A DNA stretch of 64,000 bases from an uncultured Chitinophagaceae bacterium (GCA_964537475.1 CAZIBY010000006.1:154641-218640); one strand, 5' to 3'. Positions 47,042-56,543 are shown, counted from the stretch's first letter. Numbers and translations are program-made. The notes: a model not told the origin generated them from the letters alone.

Positions 47042-47097
47042 GCGGGTGACAGTGGTTTAGGTATGATAAACGGCGGGGAGCTTTCGCTATTGCCCTA

Positions 47098-47628
47098 CTA
47101 AGGTACGATTTGCTTCAGCCTTTCCAATACATAATAAACAGCCGGGCAGATAGTTGTGTTTAGGTGCGTCGTGTTAATGTATTCAAAAAAGTCTCCGGAG
47201 TCAGTGTAGGGATACTTGCGGCAGTCGCCGGGCCGGGCATCGTAGATCGAGCAATAGTTGTCCGCACCAAGAAAGGGGCAGGGGCTCTTTTGTACCACAT
47301 AGTCGCCATCCTCATCCAGGCGCAGGTAGCGCTCTATCAGTTGAGATTCCTTGATCCGGAGATATTTTGCTATACGGGATATATCCGGCGTTTTAAACCT
47401 CGGGGAAATATTCTTGCAGCAGCCGGCGCAGGTCAGGCAGTCTATTTTGCTAAAAGCCTCCTCATGCAGCTCCGGCAGCTCCTTTTCTATGCCCCGCTTC
47501 TTAGCCGCGCGCTTCAGGTACTCGCGGTTCTCTTTGCGCTTGTCGGTCGCTTTTTTTTTCCAGTTGTCCAGGAGGTCTGCCAAATGCCTGATTTTAAGGA
47601 TGCTGAATTGCCTCGTGAAAATAGGCAA
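47098..47628 (-). CDS. YkgJ-family (UPF0153) cysteine-cluster protein
   Basis: CLTCAGCCKN (CxxCxxCC) plus later CPF...C...C residues. The size fits the family. The basic N-terminal ~50 aa are unusual, so the start is uncertain. Confidence 0.65.
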   Translation of the reverse strand: MPIFTRQFSILKIRHLADLLDNWKKKATDKRKENREYLKRAAKKRGIEKELPELHEEAFSKIDCLTCAGCCKNISPRFKTPDISRIAKYLRIKESQLIERYLRLDEDGDYVVQKSPCPFLGADNYCSIYDARPGDCRKYPYTDSGDFFEYINTTHLNTTICPAVYYVLERLKQIVP

Positions 47629-47724
47629 AGGTGGCGATATACACTGTCTGCACCAGATTTCAACATTGGCGCGGGATTCTGCTTCAAAAAGTATATTTTC
47701 GCATTCCGATAATCAACATCGGCA

Positions 47725-48828
47725 ATGAGCAAAAGCTTCACTCAGGCACCCGCCCTCCTCGTACTGGCAGACGGTACAGTTTTCAAAGGAAAATCACTTG
47801 GCAAGATCGGTACTACTACCGGCGAGTTATGCTTCAATACGGGCATGACCGGCTACCAGGAGGTATTTACCGATCCGAGCTATTTCGGTCAGGTACTGAT
47901 CATGACCAGCGACCACATAGGCAACTATGGTGTGAAGCAGGACGAGGTGGAGTCTAAGTCTATCAAGATAGCCGGCATGATCTGCAAGAAGTACGCCGGC
48001 AATAACTTCTCCCGCCTGAATGGCAGCCAGTCGCTGCAAGACTATTTTGAGATCAATAACCTGGTAGGTATCAGCGATATAGATACCCGTGCGCTCACGG
48101 TGCACGTGCGCCAGGCCGGCGCTATGAACTGCATCATCAGCTCTGAGACGGATGATGTAGCGGCGCTGAAAAAGCAACTGGCCGCCGTGCCCGATATGAA
48201 CGGCCTCGACCTGGCAGAGAAGGTTTCTACCCAGGAGCCGTACTACTACGGCGATCCTAATGCCGGAAAAAAAGTAGCTGTGCTCGACTGTGGTATCAAG
48301 GAAAATATACTGAAGTGCCTCACTGACCGCGGTCTCTATGCCAAGGTATTTAACTGCCGCACGTCATTCGCAGAGATGGAGCAGTGGGCGCCTGACGGCT
48401 ACTTTATCTCCAACGGCCCCGGAGATCCGGCCCCGATGGACTATGCTATCCAAACTGTGAAGGAAGTGATCGCAGCAGACAAGCCGCTCTTCGGTATCTG
48501 CCTCGGTCATCAGCTGCTCGCACTGGCAGAGGGTGTCAATACTTACAAAATGCACCACGGCCACCGCGGGCTGAACCATCCGGTGAAGAACCTCGTGACA
48601 GGACGCTCTGAGATCACCTCACAGAATCACGGCTTTGAGGTCAGCGCTGCTGATATCAAGAAGAGCCCACGGGTAGAGATCACCCACGTCAATCTGAATG
48701 ATGAGACCATCGAGGGTATCCGTGTTAAGGGTAAGAAAGCCTTCTCTGTGCAGTACCACCCTGAGTCCAGCCCAGGGCCACATGATTCGCGGTATCTGTT
48801 TGATGAGTTTATCGCGATGATGAATTAA
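47725..48828 (+). CDS. carA: Carbamoyl-phosphate synthase small (glutamine amidotransferase) subunit
   Basis: 367 aa. LVLADGTVFKGKSLG, GEL.FNTGMTGYQE..TDPSY, GATase triad region PLFGICLGHQLL and VQYHPE. Confidence 0.95.
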   Translation: MSKSFTQAPALLVLADGTVFKGKSLGKIGTTTGELCFNTGMTGYQEVFTDPSYFGQVLIMTSDHIGNYGVKQDEVESKSIKIAGMICKKYAGNNFSRLNGSQSLQDYFEINNLVGISDIDTRALTVHVRQAGAMNCIISSETDDVAALKKQLAAVPDMNGLDLAEKVSTQEPYYYGDPNAGKKVAVLDCGIKENILKCLTDRGLYAKVFNCRTSFAEMEQWAPDGYFISNGPGDPAPMDYAIQTVKEVIAADKPLFGICLGHQLLALAEGVNTYKMHHGHRGLNHPVKNLVTGRSEITSQNHGFEVSAADIKKSPRVEITHVNLNDETIEGIRVKGKKAFSVQYHPESSPGPHDSRYLFDEFIAMMN

Positions 48829-48856
48829 GCTCCAAACTTCTCATTCAGCAATTCTT

Positions 48857-48884
48857 CGCTGGTTCAAGCGTCCTCGCTTGAACC
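48857..48884 (+). repeat. REP-like palindrome (left)
   Basis: GGTTCAAGCG-tcct-CGCTTGAACC, a 10-bp perfect stem with a 4-nt loop, preceded by CGCT. Confidence 0.85.
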
Positions 48885-48916
48885 GCATTTGTGCGCAGAA
48901 GATTTAGCTTTGTACA

Positions 48917-49444
48917 ATGAGACGAATTTCTGACGATGATTCACTGTATTTTCTTACGATTACAGTAGTGGACTGGGTAGATGTTTTCACCAGGAATGAA
49001 TATAAGCAGTGGCTGGCAGAGCAGATCGCATACTGTCAAAAGAACAAGGGTTTTGAACTTTTTGCCTATGTGATCATGACCAATCATCTACATTTTGTTG
49101 CCAGAATGAATGAAGGATTAAGTATGAGTGATTTCCTAAGAGATTTCAAATCTTACACCGGGAAGAAATTAATAGAAAAGATTTCTAATAATTCTGCTGA
49201 AAGCAGGAAAGAGTGGATGCTTTCCCATTTTGCTTCTCATGGTCAAAAGAATGCATTAAACAAGGAATGGCAGTTTTGGCAAAATGGAAGTCATCCTACT
49301 TCTTTGTACTCGAATGAGGTCATACAACAAAAGATCAAATACATCCACGAAAATCCTGTGAGGGCTGGTTTTGTAGCAGAAGCAAATGAATACTTCTACA
49401 GTAGTGCTTGTCCACATAGTCCTATTAAGGTGATAGAGTATTAA
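48917..49444 (+). CDS. REP-associated tyrosine transposase (RAYT; IS200/IS605 TnpA-like Y1 HUH enzyme)
   Basis: 175 aa. YFLTITVVDWVDVFTR, HUH motif in YVIMTNHLHFVAR, and a C-terminal IHENPVRAGFVAEANEYFYSS (catalytic-Tyr region) as in RAYT/transposase_17 proteins. Confidence 0.85.
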   Translation: MRRISDDDSLYFLTITVVDWVDVFTRNEYKQWLAEQIAYCQKNKGFELFAYVIMTNHLHFVARMNEGLSMSDFLRDFKSYTGKKLIEKISNNSAESRKEWMLSHFASHGQKNALNKEWQFWQNGSHPTSLYSNEVIQQKIKYIHENPVRAGFVAEANEYFYSSACPHSPIKVIEY

Positions 49445-49447
49445 TGT

Positions 49448-49475
49448 GGTTCAAGCGAGGACGCTTGAACCAGCG
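49448..49475 (+). repeat. REP-like palindrome (right, inverted copy)
   Basis: GGTTCAAGCG-agga-CGCTTGAACC followed by AGCG. It is the exact reverse complement of the left copy. Confidence 0.85.
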
Positions 49476-49510
49476 GCGGAAATCAGAGCGCTCAAAAAAT
49501 CTAATTAGGA

Positions 49511-51544
49511 TCAGGCTCCAAACTTCTCCTTCAGCAACTTCTGCATCGCCTGCATCTCATCGCGCAGCTTGGCAGCAGTGAGAAAGTCTGTATCCTTTGC
49601 CGCTTGCAGCATTTGCTTGCGGGAGTCGTCTATGGCCTTATGTAGCTGCTCGGCGGTCATCTGGGCTACTACAGGCTCTGCTACCATGCTGTATTCGCCT
49701 TCCTGCTCTATGTAGGCCTGAGGCTCAGGCTTGCGTATCTCTAGTACGGAGGTCTGCTTCATTATCTCATCCTTCGTCTTGAAGACTGTGGTCGGTGTGA
49801 TATCATTTTCGGTATTGTAGCGGATCTGCTTCTCACGGCGGCGGCTGGTCTCGTCTATGGTCTGCTGCATGGAGTCAGTGATCTTATCCGCATACATGAT
49901 CACGAGGCCGTTCGAGTTACGCGCGGCGCGGCCTGCTGTCTGTATGAGGGAGCGCTTGTTACGCAGGAAGCCTTCTTTGTCCGCATCCAGTATCGCTACC
50001 AGAGATACCTCCGGCAGGTCCAGTCCCTCACGCAGCAGATTCACACCTATCAGCACGTCAAATTTGCCGAGGCGCAGGTCGCGGATGATCTCTATACGGT
50101 CCAGCGTAGTGACCTCTGAGTGGATATAGCGGCACTTGACGTGGAGGCGCGAGAGGTACTTGTCGAGCTCCTCCGCCATACGCTTGGTCAGGGTGGTCAC
50201 CAGCACGCGCTCTTGTTTCTTTACGCGCTCGTCTATCTCATCCATCAGGTCGTCTATCTGGTTCAGGCTTGGGCGCACCTCTATAGGGGGGTCCAGCAGG
50301 CCCGTAGGGCGCACGATCTGCTCCACTACTACACCTTGTGCCTTCTCCAGCTCGTACTCGCCCGGCGTAGCGCTCACAAAGATCGCCTGCGGCACCAGCG
50401 CTTCAAACTCCTGAAAGTTCAGCGGCCTGTTGTCCATAGCTGATGGCAGGCGGAATCCGTAGTCTACGAGATTGATCTTTCGTGCGCGGTCCCCGCCGTA
50501 CATGCCGCCTATCTGCGGGATGGTCTGGTGGCTCTCATCTATCACGAGGAGGAAATCCTCGGGAAAATAATCCAGCAAACAGAATGGCCGCGTACCCGGC
50601 GCCCTGCGGTCAAAGAAGCGGGAGTAGTTCTCTATACCGGAGCAGTAGCCCAGCTCCCGCATCATCTCTACATCAAACTCTACGCGCTCTTTCAGTCGCG
50701 CAGCTTCGATATGTTTGCCGATGCTGCGGAAGTATTCGAGCTGCGCATTCAGTTCTAACAGTATGCGGTCTATGGCGTGCTTCACGAGTTCTTTAGATGT
50801 CACATACATATTGGCCGGGAAGATGGCTACGCTGCCATGTGTCTGCAGCTTACGACCGGACGACGGCTCAAAAGATTGTATCTCCTCTATCTCATCGCCA
50901 AAGAATGATACGCGGTATGCATAGTCGAGATAAGGAAGCACGATCTCCACCGTATCACCTTTCACGCGAAAGGTGCCTCGCGCCAGCTCCGCATCGGAGC
51001 GCGAGTAGAGGCACTCTACGAGCTGATAGAGAAATGCATTACGGCTCAGGTTCTGGCCGGTATGAATGCGGGTGATGCTATCGTGGTATTGTTCGGGATT
51101 TCCCAAACCATATATACAGGATACAGAGGCAACCACTATCACATCGCGGCGGCCTGATGCCAGCGCAGAGGTAGTAGAGAGGCGCAGCTTTTCTATCTCC
51201 GCATTGATAGAGAGGTCCTTCTCTATAAAGGTATCAGTGCTGACGATATATGCCTCCGGCTGATAGTAGTCATAGTAAGACACAAAATACTCTACCGCAT
51301 TGTCCGGAAAGAACTGTTTGAACTCTCCGTAGAGCTGCGATACCAGCGTCTTATTATGCGTCAGGATCAGCGTCGGCTTCTTGACCTCCTGTATCACATT
51401 GGCTACAGTAAATGTCTTGCCCGAGCCGGTCACGCCGAGCAGCACCTGGTGCTTGTCGTCGCGCTTTACGCCTTCTACCAATTGCCTGATGGCCTCTGGT
51501 TGGTCGCCGGTAGGTATATACTTGGATGTGATATTAAATTCCAT
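49511..51544 (-). CDS. uvrB: Excinuclease ABC subunit B
   Basis: [40 protein letters not shown], helicase motifs, and a C-terminal UVR domain ([14 protein letters not shown]). I place the start at the ATG at 51544. The 72 upstream in-frame codons in the track are not UvrB-like. Confidence 0.97.
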   Translation of the reverse strand: MEFNITSKYIPTGDQPEAIRQLVEGVKRDDKHQVLLGVTGSGKTFTVANVIQEVKKPTLILTHNKTLVSQLYGEFKQFFPDNAVEYFVSYYDYYQPEAYIVSTDTFIEKDLSINAEIEKLRLSTTSALASGRRDVIVVASVSCIYGLGNPEQYHDSITRIHTGQNLSRNAFLYQLVECLYSRSDAELARGTFRVKGDTVEIVLPYLDYAYRVSFFGDEIEEIQSFEPSSGRKLQTHGSVAIFPANMYVTSKELVKHAIDRILLELNAQLEYFRSIGKHIEAARLKERVEFDVEMMRELGYCSGIENYSRFFDRRAPGTRPFCLLDYFPEDFLLVIDESHQTIPQIGGMYGGDRARKINLVDYGFRLPSAMDNRPLNFQEFEALVPQAIFVSATPGEYELEKAQGVVVEQIVRPTGLLDPPIEVRPSLNQIDDLMDEIDERVKKQERVLVTTLTKRMAEELDKYLSRLHVKCRYIHSEVTTLDRIEIIRDLRLGKFDVLIGVNLLREGLDLPEVSLVAILDADKEGFLRNKRSLIQTAGRAARNSNGLVIMYADKITDSMQQTIDETSRRREKQIRYNTENDITPTTVFKTKDEIMKQTSVLEIRKPEPQAYIEQEGEYSMVAEPVVAQMTAEQLHKAIDDSRKQMLQAAKDTDFLTAAKLRDEMQAMQKLLKEKFGA

Positions 51545-51818
51545 GGAAGCCTGCAAAGATAAAGAATGAATCCCTATCAGACGGATAGGTCTGCGGTTAC
51601 TTATCCTCAAACGAAAAAATAACTCCGCAGGCGGGAAGTTGTTGTCTCCTGAGATAACACCGGAGATGTCACCTGCTATACTGCGAGTAAGCGAATCCAG
51701 CGCCTGAAACGTAAAATTTCCGCTTTGAAAGCCCGTCCTAAAAGTTAACCAAAACACCAATTCCCTCTGCGGCTACGGCTGCGGTGCGCTATTTGTTTAC
51801 CAACCCGACAAACAGCTA

Positions 51819-52934
51819 ATGGGAAAGAAAAAAATACTATTCATAGTCGGCTCTGCCAATCAGACCAGCCAGATGCACCAGATATCGGAATATCTGAAGG
51901 ACGACTACGACTGCTGGTTCAGCCAGTTCATGCCGGATACCTGGTATGAGCGATGGGCGCTGCGCAAGGGATGGATAGACTTCACCATACTAGGTGGACA
52001 ATTCAAAAAAAACGCGGACGCCTATCTCGAAAGGCACAACCTGCAGAGCGACTACCTGGCAGAGAAGAATGAGTACGATATGGTCGTATTCTGCACTGAC
52101 CTGATCGTGCCGCGCAGGCTGCGCCATGCCAAGATGGTCTGGGTGCAGGAGGGTATGGTAGACCGGGTGACATGGTGGTCTAAGTTTGTGCGTTGGTCTC
52201 TCGTGATACCGCGCTACTTTGCTATGGGCACCTCGCTGAATGGCAGCTCGGATATCTGCGACATTTATTGTGTGGGGTCAGAGGGGTACAAAGACTTTTA
52301 CAGTACCATGGGAACCGACCGGCGCAAGATAGCGGTCACCGGCATTCCAAATTTTGACAACATTGCGGCGCTGAGCCAGAATGATTTTCCTGAACGAGAT
52401 TATGTGCTGGTAGCCACGTCAGATATACGCGAGTGCAAAGGAGAAGATGACCGCATTGCCTTCCTGAAAAATTGTATGAATATAGCCGCTGGCCGGCGCG
52501 TCATTTTTAAACTGCACCCTAATGAAGAGGTAGAACGTGCTGTAGCCGAGATCCGGCAGGTGGCAGGTCCTGATGCAGAGATATACACCACTGGTAATGC
52601 CGAGCACATGATAGCCAATTGCCAGGAGCTGATCACGCAATACTCTACGCTGGTATATATCGGTATCGGGCTTGGCAAAAAGGTGCACTCCTACTTTGAC
52701 CTGACTGAGCTATACAGGCTGATGCCGGATCAAAACGGCGGGACCTCAGCGAGAAATATCGCTGCGATCTGCAAGGGCTATATGGAGTTTGAAGGTTGCG
52801 GCAAAGAATACCTCGCCCAGCACAAGGCGCCAAGGGCTGATGTAATGCCTGAGTATACACCGCTGATACCGCCCGTGCCGATAGCAGTGTCTGAAGAAAG
52901 GCCAGAAGTGATCCTGGAGTGGGCTACGTCCTGA
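51819..52934 (+). CDS. Hypothetical protein, possibly a GT-B-fold glycosyl/glycerophospho-transferase-like enzyme
   Basis: 371 aa. N-terminal KKILFIVGSANQ, central GIPNFD, and later VIFKLHPNE blocks resemble Rossmann-pair transferases. No firm family recognition. Confidence 0.35.
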   Translation: MGKKKILFIVGSANQTSQMHQISEYLKDDYDCWFSQFMPDTWYERWALRKGWIDFTILGGQFKKNADAYLERHNLQSDYLAEKNEYDMVVFCTDLIVPRRLRHAKMVWVQEGMVDRVTWWSKFVRWSLVIPRYFAMGTSLNGSSDICDIYCVGSEGYKDFYSTMGTDRRKIAVTGIPNFDNIAALSQNDFPERDYVLVATSDIRECKGEDDRIAFLKNCMNIAAGRRVIFKLHPNEEVERAVAEIRQVAGPDAEIYTTGNAEHMIANCQELITQYSTLVYIGIGLGKKVHSYFDLTELYRLMPDQNGGTSARNIAAICKGYMEFEGCGKEYLAQHKAPRADVMPEYTPLIPPVPIAVSEERPEVILEWATS

Positions 52935-52948
52935 TTAAGTTAACTGGA

Positions 52949-53719
52949 CTATTTCTGCCGGATATTAAACTCAAAAATATTGACGGGGTAGTTGTCCATA
53001 TATTCGTCAGTGTATTTTACAGTGATCTCTTTTTCCAGACCGTTTGCGAATGTATAGGTATACTTTCGTATAGCTTCCTTCTCAGAAAAGCCTCCGTTAA
53101 TGCTTTGTTGTATCAAAACATGCCTGCTGAATGCCTGAAAATTAAATATACCGAATGGCCAATTATACAATCCTTTCACTGCTGTGAAATTTCTAAATGG
53201 GGGATTGAAAATTTTATTGGTGTCATAGCTAAAATGGTAATGAGAGGTCGGCCTTCCGAACCCTCCTATGTCATCTAAACTGATCAGGTCACCATTGCTC
53301 CATATCATGTTTGTGAGCGTGTCTGGTTCGTATATCAATGTTTTTAGGTTTCCTGCTGTATCATAAGTGGCAGATATATTTAGCTCATTAGTTCGATAAT
53401 AGGAGATTGGCTTCCCCGCTTCATTGAGCCGAACCTTTATGTCATTTGAGAGGATGCTATCGCCGCGATAGGTGTAGTGCTCCTCCCGTAGTTCCTGATC
53501 TGCCAGAGGATTACTTTTAGAGGAACTTTCATGGATCAGCCGCCCCTGTGTGTCAAACTCCCAGTGCCGGGCCACCCATGGCGTATCGTTATGTGGGCCT
53601 TCTGTCAGTACGTAGGATGTGAAACCCTCCACCCAATAATGCGATGTGTCTTTTGACTGTGCCACCGCAAACGTAACTTTCAATAGTAGCAATAATGGGA
53701 GTAAGTATTTCGCAGACAT
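52949..53719 (-). CDS. Hypothetical secreted protein (AT-rich gene; YD-like short repeats)
   Basis: Signal peptide MSAKYLLPLLLLLKVTFAVAQ. Segments such as YTYRGDSILS and ATYDTAGNLKTLIY are loosely YD/RHS-repeat-like. 18 G+C in the 60 nt at 53161-53220. Confidence 0.5.
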   Translation of the reverse strand: MSAKYLLPLLLLLKVTFAVAQSKDTSHYWVEGFTSYVLTEGPHNDTPWVARHWEFDTQGRLIHESSSKSNPLADQELREEHYTYRGDSILSNDIKVRLNEAGKPISYYRTNELNISATYDTAGNLKTLIYEPDTLTNMIWSNGDLISLDDIGGFGRPTSHYHFSYDTNKIFNPPFRNFTAVKGLYNWPFGIFNFQAFSRHVLIQQSINGGFSEKEAIRKYTYTFANGLEKEITVKYTDEYMDNYPVNIFEFNIRQK

Positions 53720-53749
53720 AGCGTTTTAGATTTGCTATATAATGCAAGA

Positions 53750-55387
53750 TCACTTTTTAAGTAACACCCCTTCTATCGGCCTGCCCACACAGCCGCTAGG
53801 CTCCTGTATGTGCAGCAGTGCTGCGAGCGTGGCGGCGATATCCGTCATGTAGGTAGGAGAGTAGTCATAGCCTTTCTTGATACCCCAGCCGTACCAGAGC
53901 AGTGGGATATGTGTGTCGTATGAGTACACAGTGCCGTGCGTAGTACCTTTAGTATAGCCCTCCAGGTAGCCCGGCTCATAGACTACCTGCACATCACCGG
54001 AGCGCTTAGGATAGTAGCCGTTGATGAACATCTCCTTGTAATCTTTCTGTAGTGGCTCTGCGCCGAGCGCCGCCAGGTCAAATGCCTTGGCCACATTCTT
54101 CTGCGTGAGCAGATACTCTACTACTGTTTTCTTGACAGCGGTCAGATCGAGAGAGGCTGCTGCCAGTTTATTGTGATCCAGGTAGAGCTGCATATTGGTC
54201 ACGCGCTCTACCAGGTTGTCTTGCCCGTATTTAGATTTCAGGTATTCGTTGCAGTATTTGACCAGTGTATCATTCTTGTACACACCGGAGAGCAGGTGGT
54301 GCTTCTGGTTGAAGCCGCTCGAGTGAGACGCACCATGATCTGCAGAGAGGAAGACAGTGTAGTTGCCCGCGCCATACTGTTTGTCCAGCCAGGAGAGGAA
54401 GTCTGACAGGTCACGATCAAAGCGGATATAGCAATCCTCTGTCTCCACAGAGTTAGGCCCAAAGGTATGGCCGATGTAGTCCGTAGAGGAGCAGCTCATA
54501 GCCAGGAAATCAGTATTGCCGCTCATACCCATCTTCTCGCCGAGCAGTGTTGCTTTGGCAAAGTCAAACACCAGTGTATTGCCCCACGGCGTGGCGATCA
54601 ATGCGCCGGGATGTGATACCACCTCATCGTACACCATATGCGGGAAGACAGGCCTCTTCTCCTTGCCAAATGGTTTCTCATAGTCCTCATCGTCATCCGT
54701 ACTCTCAGCATATTTATTCAGCTCCAGCACCGTCTTCCAGTTGTCTTTCACATAGGCAGCCGGCAGCTTCTTTGCATTGAATGCATTGGCCCATGCCGGG
54801 AGCGAGTCCATGTAGTAGCTCGATGTCACAAAGTTGCCCGAGTTGCCATCAAAAAAATAAGCTGCATTAGCCGCATGACCGGCGGGCAAAATAGCACCGC
54901 GGTCTTTGGCAGAGATGCCTATCACCTTTGACCGGAAATTAGTAGCCACGCGTAGTTCGTCTGTGATCGTAGTGGCCAGCATCTTATTGGGAGAGACCAT
55001 ACCCTCCGGGCCATTGGCACCTACAGTGTGATAGCTGCTATCTCCTACATTGGTCACTACTTGCCTGGTATCGCGGTCATACCAGTCATTGCCTATGATG
55101 CCGTGTATGGAGGGTACAGAGCCTGTATAGATGCAGGTGTGCCCCGGTGCCGTGTAGGTAGGTACGTATGGTATATGCGTATTCTCACAGTTGTAGCCCG
55201 TCTGCAGCCGCTTAAATCCTGTCGCGGTATATTTATCTGCATAGCGGTAGAGGTAGTCCCACCGCATCTGGTCTACTACGATGCCGATCACGATCTTTGG
55301 CTTGGTAGGGAGAGAGGGGGAGGAGTTGGTCTGGGCGTAAGCGCTGATGATAAATAGCAACAAAAGGGCGGCAGCGAGCTTTTTCAT
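53750..55387 (-). CDS. Alkaline phosphatase / nucleotide pyrophosphatase family enzyme (PafA-like)
   Basis: Signal peptide, GIVVDQMRWDYLYRY, TYTAPGHTCIYTG (nucleophile Thr region), SADHG and GTTHG metal-site blocks, as I recall for PafA-type phosphatases of Bacteroidota. Confidence 0.8.
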   Translation of the reverse strand: MKKLAAALLLLFIISAYAQTNSSPSLPTKPKIVIGIVVDQMRWDYLYRYADKYTATGFKRLQTGYNCENTHIPYVPTYTAPGHTCIYTGSVPSIHGIIGNDWYDRDTRQVVTNVGDSSYHTVGANGPEGMVSPNKMLATTITDELRVATNFRSKVIGISAKDRGAILPAGHAANAAYFFDGNSGNFVTSSYYMDSLPAWANAFNAKKLPAAYVKDNWKTVLELNKYAESTDDDEDYEKPFGKEKRPVFPHMVYDEVVSHPGALIATPWGNTLVFDFAKATLLGEKMGMSGNTDFLAMSCSSTDYIGHTFGPNSVETEDCYIRFDRDLSDFLSWLDKQYGAGNYTVFLSADHGASHSSGFNQKHHLLSGVYKNDTLVKYCNEYLKSKYGQDNLVERVTNMQLYLDHNKLAAASLDLTAVKKTVVEYLLTQKNVAKAFDLAALGAEPLQKDYKEMFINGYYPKRSGDVQVVYEPGYLEGYTKGTTHGTVYSYDTHIPLLWYGWGIKKGYDYSPTYMTDIAATLAALLHIQEPSGCVGRPIEGVLLKK

Positions 55388-55521
55388 TTCTAAAGTTTAT
55401 AAATGTGAAGCAAATCTAATCCCTTAATGCCAACGGCACATTAAATCACTTAGTTAAAGTACCGAGATCAAGTATACCGGACATATATGTAATTTTGCAA
55501 CCTGTTTTATCAGGCTATTCA

Positions 55522-55564
55522 CCGATTTTTAACAAATCACCCTGAGGCAGTCGTTAAAAATCGG
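55522..55564 (+). promoter_or_regulatory. Perfect 12-bp inverted repeat (CCGATTTTTAAC-N19-GTTAAAAATCGG) just upstream of porP
   Basis: Arms lie at 55522-55533 and 55553-55564. The right arm ends 19 nt before the porP/sprF-like ATG (55584). It is a candidate operator or 5'-UTR hairpin with unknown function. Confidence 0.3.
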
Positions 55565-55583
55565 CTATTTTAGTAAAGCGATA

Positions 55584-56543
55584 ATGAAGTTTACTCTTTA
55601 TATTTTTCTGTGGATAGCGGCGTCGGTGGGTGTGGTCTATGGCCAGTCAGAGCCTCAGTACAGCCACTATATGTACAATAGGCAGCTCTTCAACCCTGCC
55701 TATGCAGGTGCGGGAGATGGGGTAGAGTTCAATGCGCTGTACCGCACACAGTACGTGGGCCTGAGCAATAGGTCTACCTCCACACAGTATTTTGGCTTCA
55801 ATATGCAGCTGGACCCGATCAGCAGTGGCATCGGCCTGCAGGTCACAAACGATATGATCGGCTATCTCCGCACTACTACCGTGGGGATCAACTATGACTA
55901 CCGCAAGAAATTCCGCTCCTTCTCACTGGCCGTGGGTATCGGTGCCGGCATCGTGCAGACCGGCCTGCAGGGTGATAAACTGGTCACCCCGGAGGGGATC
56001 TATACCGGAGGCTCTATAGACCATCGTGACAACTATGTGCCTGCTACGCTGGCCAATGGCCTCTCTCCCGACTTCTCTGCCGGTATCTACATGAATAACG
56101 AAAAATGGTTTGCCGGGGTGGCTGTGGATCATATCTACACCATCACCAAGCTGCAAAACACCAATCTGGGCTATGCCCGAAACCTCCTCGTCATGTGTGG
56201 GTATGACTTTACTTTGGGGAAACATTTCAACATGATGCCCTCTGCACTGGTCAAGTCTGACCTGCGTCAGGTACAGGCCGAGCTGAGCCTGACCATGCGC
56301 ATTTATGACAATATCCTGACAGGAATAGCGTTCAGAGGATACAGCCAGCGTAGCCTGGATGCCGCTGTGGTCTATGCGGGATTCAGGTACAAGGGCTTCC
56401 GCCTGGTCTATTCGTATGATATAAATGCGTCATATCTCAGCGGATTCAATACCGGAAGCCATGAGATCAGTGCCGCGTATCTATTTGGGTTGAAAAAACG
56501 TACAAGGACCGGTTATTATTACTTTAATTCGAGGTTTTTGTAA
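55584..56543 (+). CDS. porP: Type IX secretion system membrane protein, PorP/SprF family
   Basis: 319 aa. Signal peptide, then QSEPQYSHYMYNRQLFNPAYAG (the characteristic PorP/SprF N-terminal motif), and a beta-barrel-like remainder. Confidence 0.8.
   Translation: MKFTLYIFLWIAASVGVVYGQSEPQYSHYMYNRQLFNPAYAGAGDGVEFNALYRTQYVGLSNRSTSTQYFGFNMQLDPISSGIGLQVTNDMIGYLRTTTVGINYDYRKKFRSFSLAVGIGAGIVQTGLQGDKLVTPEGIYTGGSIDHRDNYVPATLANGLSPDFSAGIYMNNEKWFAGVAVDHIYTITKLQNTNLGYARNLLVMCGYDFTLGKHFNMMPSALVKSDLRQVQAELSLTMRIYDNILTGIAFRGYSQRSLDAAVVYAGFRYKGFRLVYSYDINASYLSGFNTGSHEISAAYLFGLKKRTRTGYYYFNSRFL

Larger units (their letters stand above)
48857..49475 (+). mobile_element. REPtron-like unit: RAYT gene bracketed by two REP hairpins in exact inverted orientation
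   Basis: The 28-nt sequence cgctggttcaagcgtcctcgcttgaacc (48857-48884) is the exact reverse complement of ggttcaagcgaggacgcttgaaccagcg (49448-49475). A Y1 (HUH) transposase-like ORF lies between them. The module is strongly AT-rich relative to carA and uvrB. Confidence 0.8.

Noticed and set aside
47164-47728. Two plus-strand ORFs (182 and 125 aa) overlapping the YkgJ-like gene
   Set aside because: They are antisense to an ORF carrying the CxxCxxCC cysteine-cluster signature and have no motifs of their own. Their Arg/Leu/Ala-rich composition fits a shadow frame.
48861-48884. GGTTCAAGCG...CGCTTGAACC resembles a tRNA T-arm (GGTTCAAGxCC), raising the question of a tRNA or tRNA fragment
   Set aside because: It is a simple perfect hairpin with no acceptor, D or anticodon arms around it. 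It recurs as an exact inverted copy on the other side of the RAYT gene, which fits a REP element.
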